Shown piece by piece: positions 14,167-24,107 of a DNA stretch of 58,848 nucleotides. The DNA lies in contig JBDROB010000047.1 in NCBI GenBank assembly GCA_043810355.1, forward strand, positions 1 through 58,848, read 5' to 3'. The notes under the pieces were generated by a model that had not been told where the DNA came from, did no database searches, and was given only the letters and a program-made list of their open reading frames with translations. Source of the stretch: Candidatus Woesearchaeota archaeon. Its GTDB lineage: Archaea; Nanobdellota; Nanobdellia; Woesearchaeales; JAGVYU01. A program made the translations under genes and the position numbers. Every line of letters begins with the position of its first letter. Within the stretch, counting starts at the first letter, position 1.

Positions 14167-16386
14167 ATGAAAGCAGTCTTCATAGATTGCTACAGAAAAA
14201 AGAATAAGATCATTCTGTGGCTGAAAAAGGGAAAAGAAAACATAATGTTAGAGGATAGTTTTACCCCAAAAATCTATGTGAGAGGCGATGATCTTAAGGG
14301 TATAAGGGAAACTTTGCAAAAAAATAGTAAAAATAGTATTAAATCAAGATTTGTAAAAAAAAACACTTTCTTTAAACAGAATATTTGGGTTCTGGAAATC
14401 TCTCTGCCTTTGTCATCTTTTTATCAAAAAAGAAAACTTGTTGAAAAACTTCTAGACTATACTGCAGAAATCTATAATGCTGACATAAAGCCAGAAGAAC
14501 ACTATATGTTTGAGAAAGACATATTTCCTTTAGCCAAGGTTGAAATAGAAAACAAGAATCATTGGCTTGTCTCAATCAGGTCTTTGGACAATCCTTATGA
14601 TATCCATTACAATATCCCTGACTTCTCTATCGCAAAGATAAAAGTCAAGACAAAGCATAATCTTTTCCGAAGGTTTGAGACATCACTGCAGGCAATCTCA
14701 ATAAACAATAACATATTTGAAGGTGATGAAAAGATAATATTATCCAAATTCAAGAAAGAGTTTGAAAAACTCGACCCTGATATTGTTGCAGCAGAGCATG
14801 GCAATCTTCTGCTTCCATTTCTTAAGGGCAGATTCAAATCCCATAATCTCCTTTTTAGCTTTAACAGGTTTGAAAATGATGATTTCACGCATAAGCAAGG
14901 TGAGCATTTTCATTCATACAACAAGGTAGTATTCAGGACTCATTCCATCTTCCTGAAAGGAAGGCTTCATTTTGATTCAAGGAGCTTTTTCACAGATGAT
15001 ATCACTGCACAAGGTGTTTTTGACGGAGCAAGGATGTGCAGGCAGACTATCCAGAGGACTCAGATGCGTTCTGTAGGAGCAGCTATCACAAATCTGTTGA
15101 TTTATGCCTCATACAAAAAAGACTTCCTGATACCATACAAGACAGGGGTGTATGAAAGATTCAAGACTTTGAAGCAATTATACATAGCTGACCATGGCTC
15201 AGTCATATTTGAGCCAAGAGTTGGCTTCCATAATCATGTTGCTGAATTTGATTTTGTCTCATTATACCCTAACATAATGAACAAGTTCAATCTCAGCCCT
15301 GAGACATTGTTCTGCAGATGCTGTAAAGATAATAAAGTCCCAGAATTGCATTACAATTACTGCACTAGAAATAGAGGTATTGTATCAGATGTTGCAAAAA
15401 ACATTATTGAGAGAAGGATTGAACTAAAAAAGATAGGGACTCCTGAGGCAATGAAAAGGGCTTGTTTCAGCAAATGGTTATTGGTCACTATGTTTGGCTA
15501 CCAAGCCTTCAGGAACAAGAAGATTGGGATAATTGAGACTCATGAGAGCATCCAGGCATATGCAAGACAGGCAATAATGAGATCTGTGAGATTAGCAGAA
15601 CAGCAGGATTGGGAAGTTATCCATGGAATAATTGACTCAATCTATGTAAAAAAGAAAGGTTTCAATGAAAAAGACACTGCAAGATTAGGAAGAGAGATAT
15701 TCCTCAACACAAATCTTGAGATCAATCATGAGGCTGATTACAGATGGATTGTGTTCCTGCCGTCTATAAATGACAGCAGGATCCCTGTCCCTACTCATTT
15801 TTATGGCGTCACTGTGGATAATGAGATCAAGATGAGGGGCATTGAGGCAAGAAGAAAAGACACTCCTGGAATAATTGTTGAGATGCAGGTTGAGATGATA
15901 AAGGAATTGAGCAAGGCAAAGGATGAGCTCCAATTCAGACAACTATTCCCAAATATTTTCTCAATACTTAAACGATATGTTGAAATGCTCCCTTTTGCCC
16001 ATGCTGATAATCTGGCTGTCTACAGATCTTTAAGAAAGGCTGATTATGCTAATAATATCCCTCAGAAGATTGTTGTAAATCAATTGAAAGAAAAAGGGTA
16101 CAGTATTGATCCTGGTCACACTATTGCTTACATCATAGCAGACATCAATAACAGGAATCCTAAGAAACGCTACTGCTCTTTAGAGGATTACAAAGGAAAG
16201 TTTGATCTTAGCAAATACACTGACATGCTTGTGAGGGCAACCTTCTCTTTGCTTCAGCCTTTTGATGTGACTGTGCCTGATTTATATGGGGTTTTAGCAA
16301 AGTCAAGGCAGCTTGTTATGTCAGATTTTGCTATGTCTGATTTTGCAGAGAAAGTAAAGATATCTGAAGTGGCTCTTAGAAACTAA
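14167..16386 (+). CDS. polB: divergent family-B DNA polymerase without recognisable 3'-5' exonuclease catalytic residues
   Basis: Motif A DFVSLYPNIM, motif B-like KWLLVTMFGY, motif C HGIIDSIYV (single Asp), MRGIEARRKD. At the Exo I/II positions the sequence is SIAKIKV and EHGNLLLPFL instead of DxE / NxxxFD. Confidence 0.85.
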   Translation: MKAVFIDCYRKKNKIILWLKKGKENIMLEDSFTPKIYVRGDDLKGIRETLQKNSKNSIKSRFVKKNTFFKQNIWVLEISLPLSSFYQKRKLVEKLLDYTAEIYNADIKPEEHYMFEKDIFPLAKVEIENKNHWLVSIRSLDNPYDIHYNIPDFSIAKIKVKTKHNLFRRFETSLQAISINNNIFEGDEKIILSKFKKEFEKLDPDIVAAEHGNLLLPFLKGRFKSHNLLFSFNRFENDDFTHKQGEHFHSYNKVVFRTHSIFLKGRLHFDSRSFFTDDITAQGVFDGARMCRQTIQRTQMRSVGAAITNLLIYASYKKDFLIPYKTGVYERFKTLKQLYIADHGSVIFEPRVGFHNHVAEFDFVSLYPNIMNKFNLSPETLFCRCCKDNKVPELHYNYCTRNRGIVSDVAKNIIERRIELKKIGTPEAMKRACFSKWLLVTMFGYQAFRNKKIGIIETHESIQAYARQAIMRSVRLAEQQDWEVIHGIIDSIYVKKKGFNEKDTARLGREIFLNTNLEINHEADYRWIVFLPSINDSRIPVPTHFYGVTVDNEIKMRGIEARRKDTPGIIVEMQVEMIKELSKAKDELQFRQLFPNIFSILKRYVEMLPFAHADNLAVYRSLRKADYANNIPQKIVVNQLKEKGYSIDPGHTIAYIIADINNRNPKKRYCSLEDYKGKFDLSKYTDMLVRATFSLLQPFDVTVPDLYGVLAKSRQLVMSDFAMSDFAEKVKISEVALRN

Positions 16387-17063
16387 TAAAACTCAGGTTT
16401 AATCTCTTCAAGGGCTTTTGCTCCCCTGTGAATTCTGGTCTTTACAGTATTTAATGGAACATCCAACATATCGCTGATATCCTTATAAGATACATGATAG
16501 ATTCTGTTCATGATTGTAGGAGTTAATAATCTTTCATCAATGCCTTCAACAATGTCATGTTTCCCATTAAATATTGCTTTATGGACCAATTTACGTGCTG
16601 CTGGATCATGGGCATATTGTTCTGGAGTCACATCAGGAAGGACTCTGGTTTCATAGGATGGTGGGCTGAAATTTAGGCCTATCTCATTATCTTTTGGATA
16701 TCTTTCTGGGTCTTCAAAAATCTTTCTCTGATTGCCAGATTTTTTATAATGCTTAAACAGAATATGTTCTGCAACAGTAAAAAGCCAGGTTTTTGCAAAA
16801 CCTTTGTCAGTGTATCCGCCTGTAGAATAGCTTTTCCAAGCTTGTAAAAAAACCTCTTGTTTTAGGTCTTCAGCTAAGTCAGGTTTTCCTGTCATAGAGA
16901 ATAAGTAATTACGTATGCCACGTTCGTATTGATCATAGAATTCTTTTGTAAATCTTTCCTGTAGCATTTCAATTGACAAGGCTGTGAGCGGAAAAGGCCT
17001 GATATTGTCAGGTCTAAGAGAATCAACACTACCTTTAACAACCTCTGCTAAATTACTTCCCAT
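16383..17063 (-). CDS. sigma-70 family (ECF-type) sigma-factor-like protein
   Basis: Region 2-like AEDLKQEVFLQAWKSY...WLFTVAEHILFKHYKK. Region 4-like YKDISDMLDVPLNTVKTRIHRGAKALEE. Confidence 0.7.
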   Translation of the reverse strand: MGSNLAEVVKGSVDSLRPDNIRPFPLTALSIEMLQERFTKEFYDQYERGIRNYLFSMTGKPDLAEDLKQEVFLQAWKSYSTGGYTDKGFAKTWLFTVAEHILFKHYKKSGNQRKIFEDPERYPKDNEIGLNFSPPSYETRVLPDVTPEQYAHDPAARKLVHKAIFNGKHDIVEGIDERLLTPTIMNRIYHVSYKDISDMLDVPLNTVKTRIHRGAKALEEIKPEFY

Positions 17064-17237
17064 ATAAAAAAGAAAATATGAATTACCTTATATAATTTGC
17101 TGTTCAGATATAAACCATATTCACCATATTCATAAAATTAATATTAAACTCATTAAGAAACTTAAGAAAAAGTTGTTATCTGTCTTAATTATTATAAGAC
17201 AATATTATTTATATACTACTGAAGCAGGCTAGTCAGC

Positions 17238-18383
17238 ATGAACTCAAATCCAAACGGAAGACTGGCTGTCTATGCCAATAGCATGGGCCAATTCTATGGT
17301 AAAAAGGTATTTGCAGAATTATCTGAATTAGTCAGGGAAGATACTGAAAAAAAGAGGACTGAGCATGACTTATTATTGCAGAGATGGCCAGATCATTTAA
17401 GGCAGGCAATGGAGCATGTCATGGAGCATGAATATGAGACACCTCCTGAATTTGTCTCTCCAAAATTGGATGAATTTCCAGATACAAATCAAAGACCAGT
17501 TATAGAGGATCTTGTCAGGGGACAGGATGCATATCTTGTCCAATGGCTTATAACTCCTCCTGGAGCTTCGGGTGAAGAAAGATACAGATGTTCTGCTGAC
17601 AGGCTTGCTTTTGAATTCTTCAAGACAATTGATGCATTGCGCCATGCAGGTATCAAGAGGCTTTCTCTAGTCACACCATATGCATATGATTCAAGAAAAG
17701 ACATCAGAGAGGGCAGGGATGCAATCGGTTCTCTTACATTCTGCAAGGCTTTGGATGGTATTATTAGGGGTGAGAGGATGCAGGCATTCTGCCTTGACCT
17801 TCATGCCCAGCAGATTGAGGGATTTTATCAGGCATATAATATTAATATGGATTCTGTCCCAATGTTTGATGTATTTGTTGACCATATTGAATCATATTAT
17901 CCAGCTCTCCCTAAGAACGCAGTTGTCCTTGCTCCTGATCTTGGCTCGACAAAGAGGGCAAGAAACCTTTCTGAAAGGCTTGGGGCTCCTGTTGTGATCA
18001 TTGACAAGAGAAGAGTAAGCCCTACAAAGATTATTATTGAGGCATTGGCTGCAGGAGGGGTTGATCCCAAAGGAAAAAAGATATTGCTTTTTGACGATGT
18101 CTTGGCATCAGGAGGCACTGCGATTGAAGGGACTGAATATCTGCAGAGAGAAAGAGGTGCAGGTGAAGCTTATTGGTTTATGACCCATCCTTCTATGACT
18201 AATATGCATAAATTAGATAGTGCTTATGAAAGAGGAGTTTTCAAGAGGATTTTCACAGCTGATACAGTTCCATTGCCTGACAGGGAATATCTTGAGCAGG
18301 TGAACACTTCTAGAAAGATAGCACAGCTTATCTGGAATATCCACACAGATAAGAGTGTTGGTCCTTATCTGGATACTAAATAG
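17238..18383 (+). CDS. ribose-phosphate pyrophosphokinase (PRPP synthetase)-like protein with about 100-aa N-terminal extension
   Basis: LVTPYAYDSRKD, LDLHAQQIEGFY, KILLFDDVLASGGTAIEG (PRPP loop). Confidence 0.65.
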   Translation: MNSNPNGRLAVYANSMGQFYGKKVFAELSELVREDTEKKRTEHDLLLQRWPDHLRQAMEHVMEHEYETPPEFVSPKLDEFPDTNQRPVIEDLVRGQDAYLVQWLITPPGASGEERYRCSADRLAFEFFKTIDALRHAGIKRLSLVTPYAYDSRKDIREGRDAIGSLTFCKALDGIIRGERMQAFCLDLHAQQIEGFYQAYNINMDSVPMFDVFVDHIESYYPALPKNAVVLAPDLGSTKRARNLSERLGAPVVIIDKRRVSPTKIIIEALAAGGVDPKGKKILLFDDVLASGGTAIEGTEYLQRERGAGEAYWFMTHPSMTNMHKLDSAYERGVFKRIFTADTVPLPDREYLEQVNTSRKIAQLIWNIHTDKSVGPYLDTK

Positions 18384-18430
18384 ATACTAAATAACAAAAA
18401 TTTAAATAATTCAGGGATAAATATTCCTAT

Positions 18431-19087
18431 ATGGCAGGGAAAATGGCAGGGAAAAAAGATGAAAAAAAGAGATTTTCAATGTGGGTGTACTTAGGGATTA
18501 TTGGTGCCTTAATTGTGCTCACTTTCTCCATAATTGTGATCATAAACTTATTTCAGACCGGTTTTCCTCAAAAAGGCATTCAGCCATATATTATCAAGAT
18601 ACCTTTTTTAGATGATGGTTCAGGATCTGATCATTCAGGCCTGCCTGATGATGCAACTGATAAGGATAATGGCAATAAGAAGAAAAACAATTCTGATGAT
18701 TTATCTGATTCAGATCAAGGAAGTGATGCTGATGAAAATAATGATGAGAGTGAATCTGAAACACAAGACCCATCCATAGATCAATTGACAGAACCAGAGA
18801 CATTATTGGCTGTAAATCCAAGTGAGGAATATGATGGTAACAACCTGTTATACATTGTATATCTCTCTCAAACCCAGGTTGAAATGATAAAGGGAGAAAA
18901 AGTGTATTTCACTATGACTTTTTCAGGTGTTTCTGGATCAGAGTTCTATTTCAACCATATCAGCCTTGCAGTAGCTAGCCCATTAGTCACAAGATATGTT
19001 GAAGTCGGCCCGAATTTCATCGAGCTTCCTTCAAAGGTTGCTGAACAGGCGACTTTTCTTAAAGTGGAATTGGTTCCAGTCACATAA
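18431..19087 (+). CDS. membrane-anchored protein with acidic low-complexity linker
   Basis: N-terminal TM segment WVYLGIIGALIVLTFSIIVIINLF, then a D/S/N/E-rich stretch. Confidence 0.5.
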   Translation: MAGKMAGKKDEKKRFSMWVYLGIIGALIVLTFSIIVIINLFQTGFPQKGIQPYIIKIPFLDDGSGSDHSGLPDDATDKDNGNKKKNNSDDLSDSDQGSDADENNDESESETQDPSIDQLTEPETLLAVNPSEEYDGNNLLYIVYLSQTQVEMIKGEKVYFTMTFSGVSGSEFYFNHISLAVASPLVTRYVEVGPNFIELPSKVAEQATFLKVELVPVT

Positions 19088-19189
19088 TTTTCTTCAATCC
19101 AAACAATGATCTATAAAAATGATAATTAATAATCCAAATCATGATCTAAAATCTAATATTTTTTTAAATATTTGAATAAAATTAAAGAA

Positions 19190-19666
19190 TTATCTTGGTT
19201 TTAGATAAGAGATCACATAACCGACTGCAGCTCCAGCAATTGCTGTAAATCCAAGCCTGTTTACCCATATATGCACATCAGGGTCATTCACCATCTGATC
19301 ATTCAATAAGATTGCTGCAAGCCCTACAGCTGCTACAGTTGCAGCTTTTCCAAATGCTCTTCTAACATAAGGATCACTTGGAACAATATTTCTTGTTACA
19401 TCTGTAACATTCCAGTCTGCTGACCTTCTTTGCCTTCTTTGCCTTCTTTCATAATCTGATTCATGATTAGATATATATTCAGGTAAGAATGAATTGACTA
19501 ATGTTCTAGAAATTATGGGATTTGCCATCTCAGTCTCAAAATTCATGATTGCATCATATTCTGTAACCCCAGGCCACCTGTTATTGTCATGATGATATCT
19601 GAATAGAGCTTCCCTTACTTGAGAATCTTGATCTACTATTCGCTTTAATTCCCCTATATTTGCCAT
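19190..19666 (-). CDS. hypothetical protein with C-terminal Gly/Ala-rich TM segments
   Basis: ORF 19190..19705. ATG 19666 (MANIGELKR) is the likely start. Confidence 0.45.
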   Translation of the reverse strand: MANIGELKRIVDQDSQVREALFRYHHDNNRWPGVTEYDAIMNFETEMANPIISRTLVNSFLPEYISNHESDYERRQRRQRRSADWNVTDVTRNIVPSDPYVRRAFGKAATVAAVGLAAILLNDQMVNDPDVHIWVNRLGFTAIAGAAVGYVISYLKPR

Positions 19667-19820
19667 AGGTAGAAGAATGATTTTCAATTTAAAAATGTTA
19701 TGCATTCTAATCTAATAATTAATTTAAATTTAACCTATCTTCTCCATTATAGCAATTTTTATAAATACATCATATCAAAGAAATCATAGATTAAAAAAGA
19801 GGAATACAAAAGGTGGTGAG

Positions 19821-20186
19821 ATGGCAAAGAAGAGGGTTTTGATTGTTGAGGATGAGCATAATATTGCTAAGGCAGAGGAACTTATACTAGGGGATGACTT
19901 TGAGGTATTTATTGCCAATGATGGAGAGTCAGGCTTGAAGATGGTCAAGGATCTAAAGCCCCATCTGATCATACTTGATCTTATGCTTCCTAACAGGGGT
20001 GGTTATGACATCTGTTTTAATGTAAGGCAAGACCCAGTATTAAGGGATACAAAGATACTTATGGTGACAGCAAAGAACCAGGATATTGACAAGGACAAGG
20101 GAGTTTTGGTTGGTGCTGATGATTATATGACAAAGCCATTTGAAGCTGCTGAACTGCTGAAAAGATCTGTTGATCTCCTCAAATAA
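19821..20186 (+). CDS. response regulator, receiver domain only (CheY-like)
   Basis: VLIVEDE...HLIILDLMLP...KILMVTAK...DYMTKPF. Confidence 0.9.
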   Translation: MAKKRVLIVEDEHNIAKAEELILGDDFEVFIANDGESGLKMVKDLKPHLIILDLMLPNRGGYDICFNVRQDPVLRDTKILMVTAKNQDIDKDKGVLVGADDYMTKPFEAAELLKRSVDLLK

Positions 20187-20190
20187 TAAA

Positions 20191-20209
20191 AATCTCGCAA
20201 TGTGAGATT
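20191..20209 (+). terminator. hairpin after the response regulator gene, related to the 12123-12192 element
   Basis: AATCTCGCA-A-TGTGAGATT followed by CTCAATAA. Compare GTGCGAGATTTTCAATAA at 12178. Confidence 0.45.
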
Positions 20210-20267
20210 CTCAATAAAATCCTTTTTTTCTGTATACTTTCTGTATACTGCATCTAGCTTGTGAAAA

Positions 20268-21764
20268 ATGATTGGAGAATTTATTGCTACATACTTGAAT
20301 CCTGACATCTTCAGTAGGTTCTTCCTTTTTCTAAATACTCAGCAAGGCATCCTTTTTGAGAGATCTATAGAATTAGTTATATTCACAATTCTGGCTTATA
20401 TGGTGATTTCTGAATACAGGAGATCAAAAAGAAAAGAATTGAGATATTTTATTCTTGCTTTTAGTGCATTATTCCTTTTAAGGCTTGCATCAGTTGTATT
20501 AAATCTTAACATTGTTTTTGGCCAGATTGCAAAAGCTTCATTTGATCCAGTTCTTCCTGTCTCAACACAGTTTTTGGAATTGTTCACCCTGGTCTTGCTG
20601 ATAAATGCTTTCTTATATCCGATAATCTCAAAAAAGATCAAGAACATGAATTTTCTTATAATCTATGAGATCTTGATGCTTATCCTCATCTCTATAATGG
20701 TTCAGATGTTTTGGCTTTACCATCGTTATATCCTTCCATTGGTTGATTTCAGGCTGACCCAAGGCAATCTGATCTTTATCTGGCTGAAGATAGCAATAGT
20801 CTGCTTTGCCCTCTACTTGATCATAAGACATAAGAATATAAAATTCAATTATAGGAAACATGTTTTTATCGCATTCTCAGTATATCTGCTGACTCCTTTG
20901 ATCCAGCTTTTCAATACTGTATTTTTTGAGTACGATGCGCAAAGGCTGATCTTGCTTGAGATACCATTCCCGCTTATATCAATCCTGTTATTCACTCAGA
21001 TCATCTATCTAAAGCTTGTCGACAAGGCATATCTGAGGGAAAAGTTGGAAGAGTCTCAAAAAAGGTACAAGGCAGAGAGAGAGCTCAGCAAATTAAAGGA
21101 TGAGTTTGTCTCTGTCGTTAGCCATGAGCTTAGGACTCCGTTGACTTCGATGAAACTGTACTGTGACCTTCTTCATTCTGAGAAATTTGGCAAGATCACA
21201 ACTAAGCAGCATGATGCAATCCATATTATTGAATCAGAATGCGACAGGCTGAATGTCTTGATAAATGACATCCTTAACCTCTCAAAATTAGAGTCAGGAA
21301 AAGACAAGATTAATTTAGGAAATTATTGCCTGGATGATCTGAAAAAGATGATAGTAGACAGGACTGCAAGGGAGAAAGGGATTGATGTAGACTATGATAT
21401 TCCAAAAGGGTTTGAGGCAAGAGTTGATGTGGACAAGTTCAAGCAGATGTATATCAATATATTCATCAATGCTGTCAAATTCACAGAAAAAGGGGGCAGG
21501 ATATCAGTCATTGTCAAGGTGATGAAGGAAAGGTGGAAATTGATTCTGAAAGATTCCGGCATTGGGATGCCCAAGAATGAGATTCCTAGACTCTTTGATA
21601 AATTCTATCAGATTGACTCGCATATGACAAGGAAATTTGGGGGAACCGGCCTTGGTCTGGCGATTGTCAAGGCAATTGTTGACCTTCATAATGGAAATAT
21701 TGAAGTAAATTCTGAGATTGGAAAAGGATCGACTTTTATTGTCACTTTCCCAAAGAATCCTTAA
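20268..21764 (+). CDS. membrane sensor histidine kinase
   Basis: Multiple N-terminal TM helices. H-box VSHELRTPLTS. NAVKFT, DSGIGM, GGTGLGLAIV ATPase boxes. Confidence 0.9.
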   Translation: MIGEFIATYLNPDIFSRFFLFLNTQQGILFERSIELVIFTILAYMVISEYRRSKRKELRYFILAFSALFLLRLASVVLNLNIVFGQIAKASFDPVLPVSTQFLELFTLVLLINAFLYPIISKKIKNMNFLIIYEILMLILISIMVQMFWLYHRYILPLVDFRLTQGNLIFIWLKIAIVCFALYLIIRHKNIKFNYRKHVFIAFSVYLLTPLIQLFNTVFFEYDAQRLILLEIPFPLISILLFTQIIYLKLVDKAYLREKLEESQKRYKAERELSKLKDEFVSVVSHELRTPLTSMKLYCDLLHSEKFGKITTKQHDAIHIIESECDRLNVLINDILNLSKLESGKDKINLGNYCLDDLKKMIVDRTAREKGIDVDYDIPKGFEARVDVDKFKQMYINIFINAVKFTEKGGRISVIVKVMKERWKLILKDSGIGMPKNEIPRLFDKFYQIDSHMTRKFGGTGLGLAIVKAIVDLHNGNIEVNSEIGKGSTFIVTFPKNP

Positions 21765-22818
21765 AGTAGGCATACTCACTCCTGTGATCTGCAATATATT
21801 GTGCAGCCCTCAGCCAATCAGGCTTATTGTCAATGTCAAGCGCAAAGATTGGATCTGCTAAAAATAATTTGACTTTCACTCTTTCACTTTCATCAAGCAT
21901 TCTTTCAAGCTCTTGAGTGGCCATTTTGCCTGTTACAAAACTATATATATTACTAGGGCCAAATTCTCTTATGTATTTTGGCCAATTCCATATTTTCATG
22001 ACCACTCTCTTGAAATCATAGAGGTGGCTGAACCTTTCCCTGGCATCAGGCCTTTTCAGTGCTTCCCTATTGAATATGAGAAAATTGGAATATACTAGCA
22101 CTGGCCTTTCTCCAATTGCACACATCCCATCATAATCACTATATCTCACTCCATATTTATGCAGGTTATGCCCCCATAATCTTGCTAAGAATGGAATTTC
22201 TGTCCTTGCTGTCCCAAATCTTTGAAGGCCTTCTTTCTCAATCAGGCCAATGACCTTATCTTTTCTTACCAGTCCGCAAAAGACTTCCATGTCTGGATTG
22301 CATCTCCATTTCCATGTTTCAATTGCATTCTTATAATTCTCAGCTCTAGGCAATGGACTGTCGCCAGGAATAATTGCAAAATATTTTCCTTCATATCCCA
22401 TTTCATCAAGGGCTTGTACTCCTCTGAAGAAATTATCAGTTATATTATCTCCTTGAGGAATCACAAGCCTGTGTTCACCAGATAATGCCTCCTGTAATTT
22501 CCATTCTGGCCCGATTGGCAGTACAAAATCAGGATTAATGTATGGGCATGCTCTTAGTTCACTTAGGATAATATCAAGATTAGATGGTCCTATTGTATTT
22601 GGGCCTAATGCAGGAAGTATTGCTTTATTTTCCCATTTGATAAAAGGATCTCCATAAAAGACTTCAGAGACTACTTTATCGATGAATTCCTTGTACCATG
22701 CTCTTCCTTCATCTTCGCCTGCTAAGACAAGGCATGCTAGTGATCTTTCACTTATATCTATGACCATGCTGCTCAAGAATTCAGCTCTAATCTTATAGTT
22801 TTCTGTTCTAGAACACAA
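21742..22818 (-). CDS. hypothetical protein (possible nucleotidyl/glycosyl-transferase-like fold)
   Basis: ORF track. FAIIPGDSPL is a weak resemblance only. Confidence 0.45.
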   Translation of the reverse strand: MCSRTENYKIRAEFLSSMVIDISERSLACLVLAGEDEGRAWYKEFIDKVVSEVFYGDPFIKWENKAILPALGPNTIGPSNLDIILSELRACPYINPDFVLPIGPEWKLQEALSGEHRLVIPQGDNITDNFFRGVQALDEMGYEGKYFAIIPGDSPLPRAENYKNAIETWKWRCNPDMEVFCGLVRKDKVIGLIEKEGLQRFGTARTEIPFLARLWGHNLHKYGVRYSDYDGMCAIGERPVLVYSNFLIFNREALKRPDARERFSHLYDFKRVVMKIWNWPKYIREFGPSNIYSFVTGKMATQELERMLDESERVKVKLFLADPIFALDIDNKPDWLRAAQYIADHRSEYAYFKDSLGK

Positions 22819-22841
22819 TCAACATTTTTAATAACATTTTT

Positions 22842-23816
22842 TTAATAAGCCAAATCTATCCTCAATTCTGTCAAACTGTAGATTAATTTCCCTATTTTCT
22901 TGAGGTGATGTAACAATTCTTTTTCCTCTGTACTTGTTTTAGGCCATACTTTGTCAAAGAGCTTATATCCTTCTGCATCTTTCTTATAAAGTTCTGCTGC
23001 CTTTTCTTTTGAGAAATTATAGTATAGGTCATAGAAATCCCTGACCATTGAGTCAACCAATGTTATGAACTCTTTTAATCCTGGGCTCATCTTATTGAGT
23101 TTTAGTATATGCAGGCCCATTTTCTTGTATTCATCTCCTACCATCTCTATCAGGAATATCAATGTGAACATTATAGGTGTTTTTTTGAAATCAGAATATC
23201 CCTGTTTATTTAATATTCGCAGGCAGAAGTCCTCAAACCTGTCAAGATTAGTGTCAATCATATGGAATGCTTTTAGCTCGTCTTTCTTTCCTTTAATAGA
23301 TCCCATTATCGCATCTGCCATTGTCAGTAGCAGGAGAAATATTCTCCTTAGAGTGTTCTCAAACTCTTTGCCAGTTGTCTCACCCAAATCTTTTATTATG
23401 ACATAGTTTGATTTCTGCTCAATTATCTCAAATCCCACAAACCTGTTCACCAAAGCTTGGATAGCCTCTAAAGCACTAAATCCTTGGATACTGTTCAGTG
23501 CATAGATTGTGTCATAAGTAAATGCTGTATACAGGTCTTTGAAAGACTTGTTCTCAAAAACAATCTTAATCTCATCATATCCTGCCCTATATGCAGATGA
23601 TACCATCCTCCATACCATAGTGACCATCTGGCCTGATATGTCAACAACAACCCTTTCAGATTCAGTATTTGTTTTCTCTGTTGTGATCTTCAGGTCTTTT
23701 CCTTGCTCAACAAGATCTATCTCATCCCCTGCTTTAATATTGAATTTTTCAGCCCATTTGCTAGGCAAGGTCATGGTCAGTGTATTATGCCCCTGTTTTA
23801 TGATTTTTCTCTTCAT
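22842..23816 (-). CDS. AbrB-domain plus PhoU-like regulator
   Basis: From ATG 23816: MKRKIIKQGHNTLTMTLPSKWAEKFNIKAGDEIDL (SpoVT/AbrB), followed by helical PhoU-like repeats. Confidence 0.7.
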   Translation of the reverse strand: MKRKIIKQGHNTLTMTLPSKWAEKFNIKAGDEIDLVEQGKDLKITTEKTNTESERVVVDISGQMVTMVWRMVSSAYRAGYDEIKIVFENKSFKDLYTAFTYDTIYALNSIQGFSALEAIQALVNRFVGFEIIEQKSNYVIIKDLGETTGKEFENTLRRIFLLLLTMADAIMGSIKGKKDELKAFHMIDTNLDRFEDFCLRILNKQGYSDFKKTPIMFTLIFLIEMVGDEYKKMGLHILKLNKMSPGLKEFITLVDSMVRDFYDLYYNFSKEKAAELYKKDAEGYKLFDKVWPKTSTEEKELLHHLKKIGKLIYSLTELRIDLAY

Positions 23817-24038
23817 TCTAACATATTTATTACATAAAAATATATAAACTTTTCGGAAAATATATATTATAAATAAATATGGTGATATATATTGAGATAT
23901 TGTGAAATATAGTGATATATTCCGATATAGGGCACTCAATATACAATTGGGTGCATTATTTTCATTATTGTAAAATTATATATAACTTCGAGTATATTAC
24001 TCATTTTACTACATACATTACGATACAGAGTGTTATAA

Positions 24039-24105
24039 TTGAGGGTAAACATTGTAATTGCAATGAGGGTAAAATAATCTAAGAATGAGGATAAATAATC
24101 TAAGA
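24039..24105 (+). promoter_or_regulatory. three TGAGGRTAAA boxes, two as a 22-nt tandem repeat abutting the lrp-like start
   Basis: TTGAGGGTAAAC at 24039-24050. AATGAGGGTAAAATAATCTAAGA at 24062-24084. AATGAGGATAAATAATCTAAGA at 24084-24105. Confidence 0.5.
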
Positions 24106-24107
24106 AA

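Noticed and set aside
12368-16386. Casposon or pipolin-type self-synthesising element (PolB next to an integrase)
   Set aside because: There is no Cas1 and no terminal inverted repeats around the pair. A TA module and a hairpin element separate the genes. The PolB lacks the exonuclease residues that piPolB and casposon PolBs retain. Adjacency alone is insufficient.
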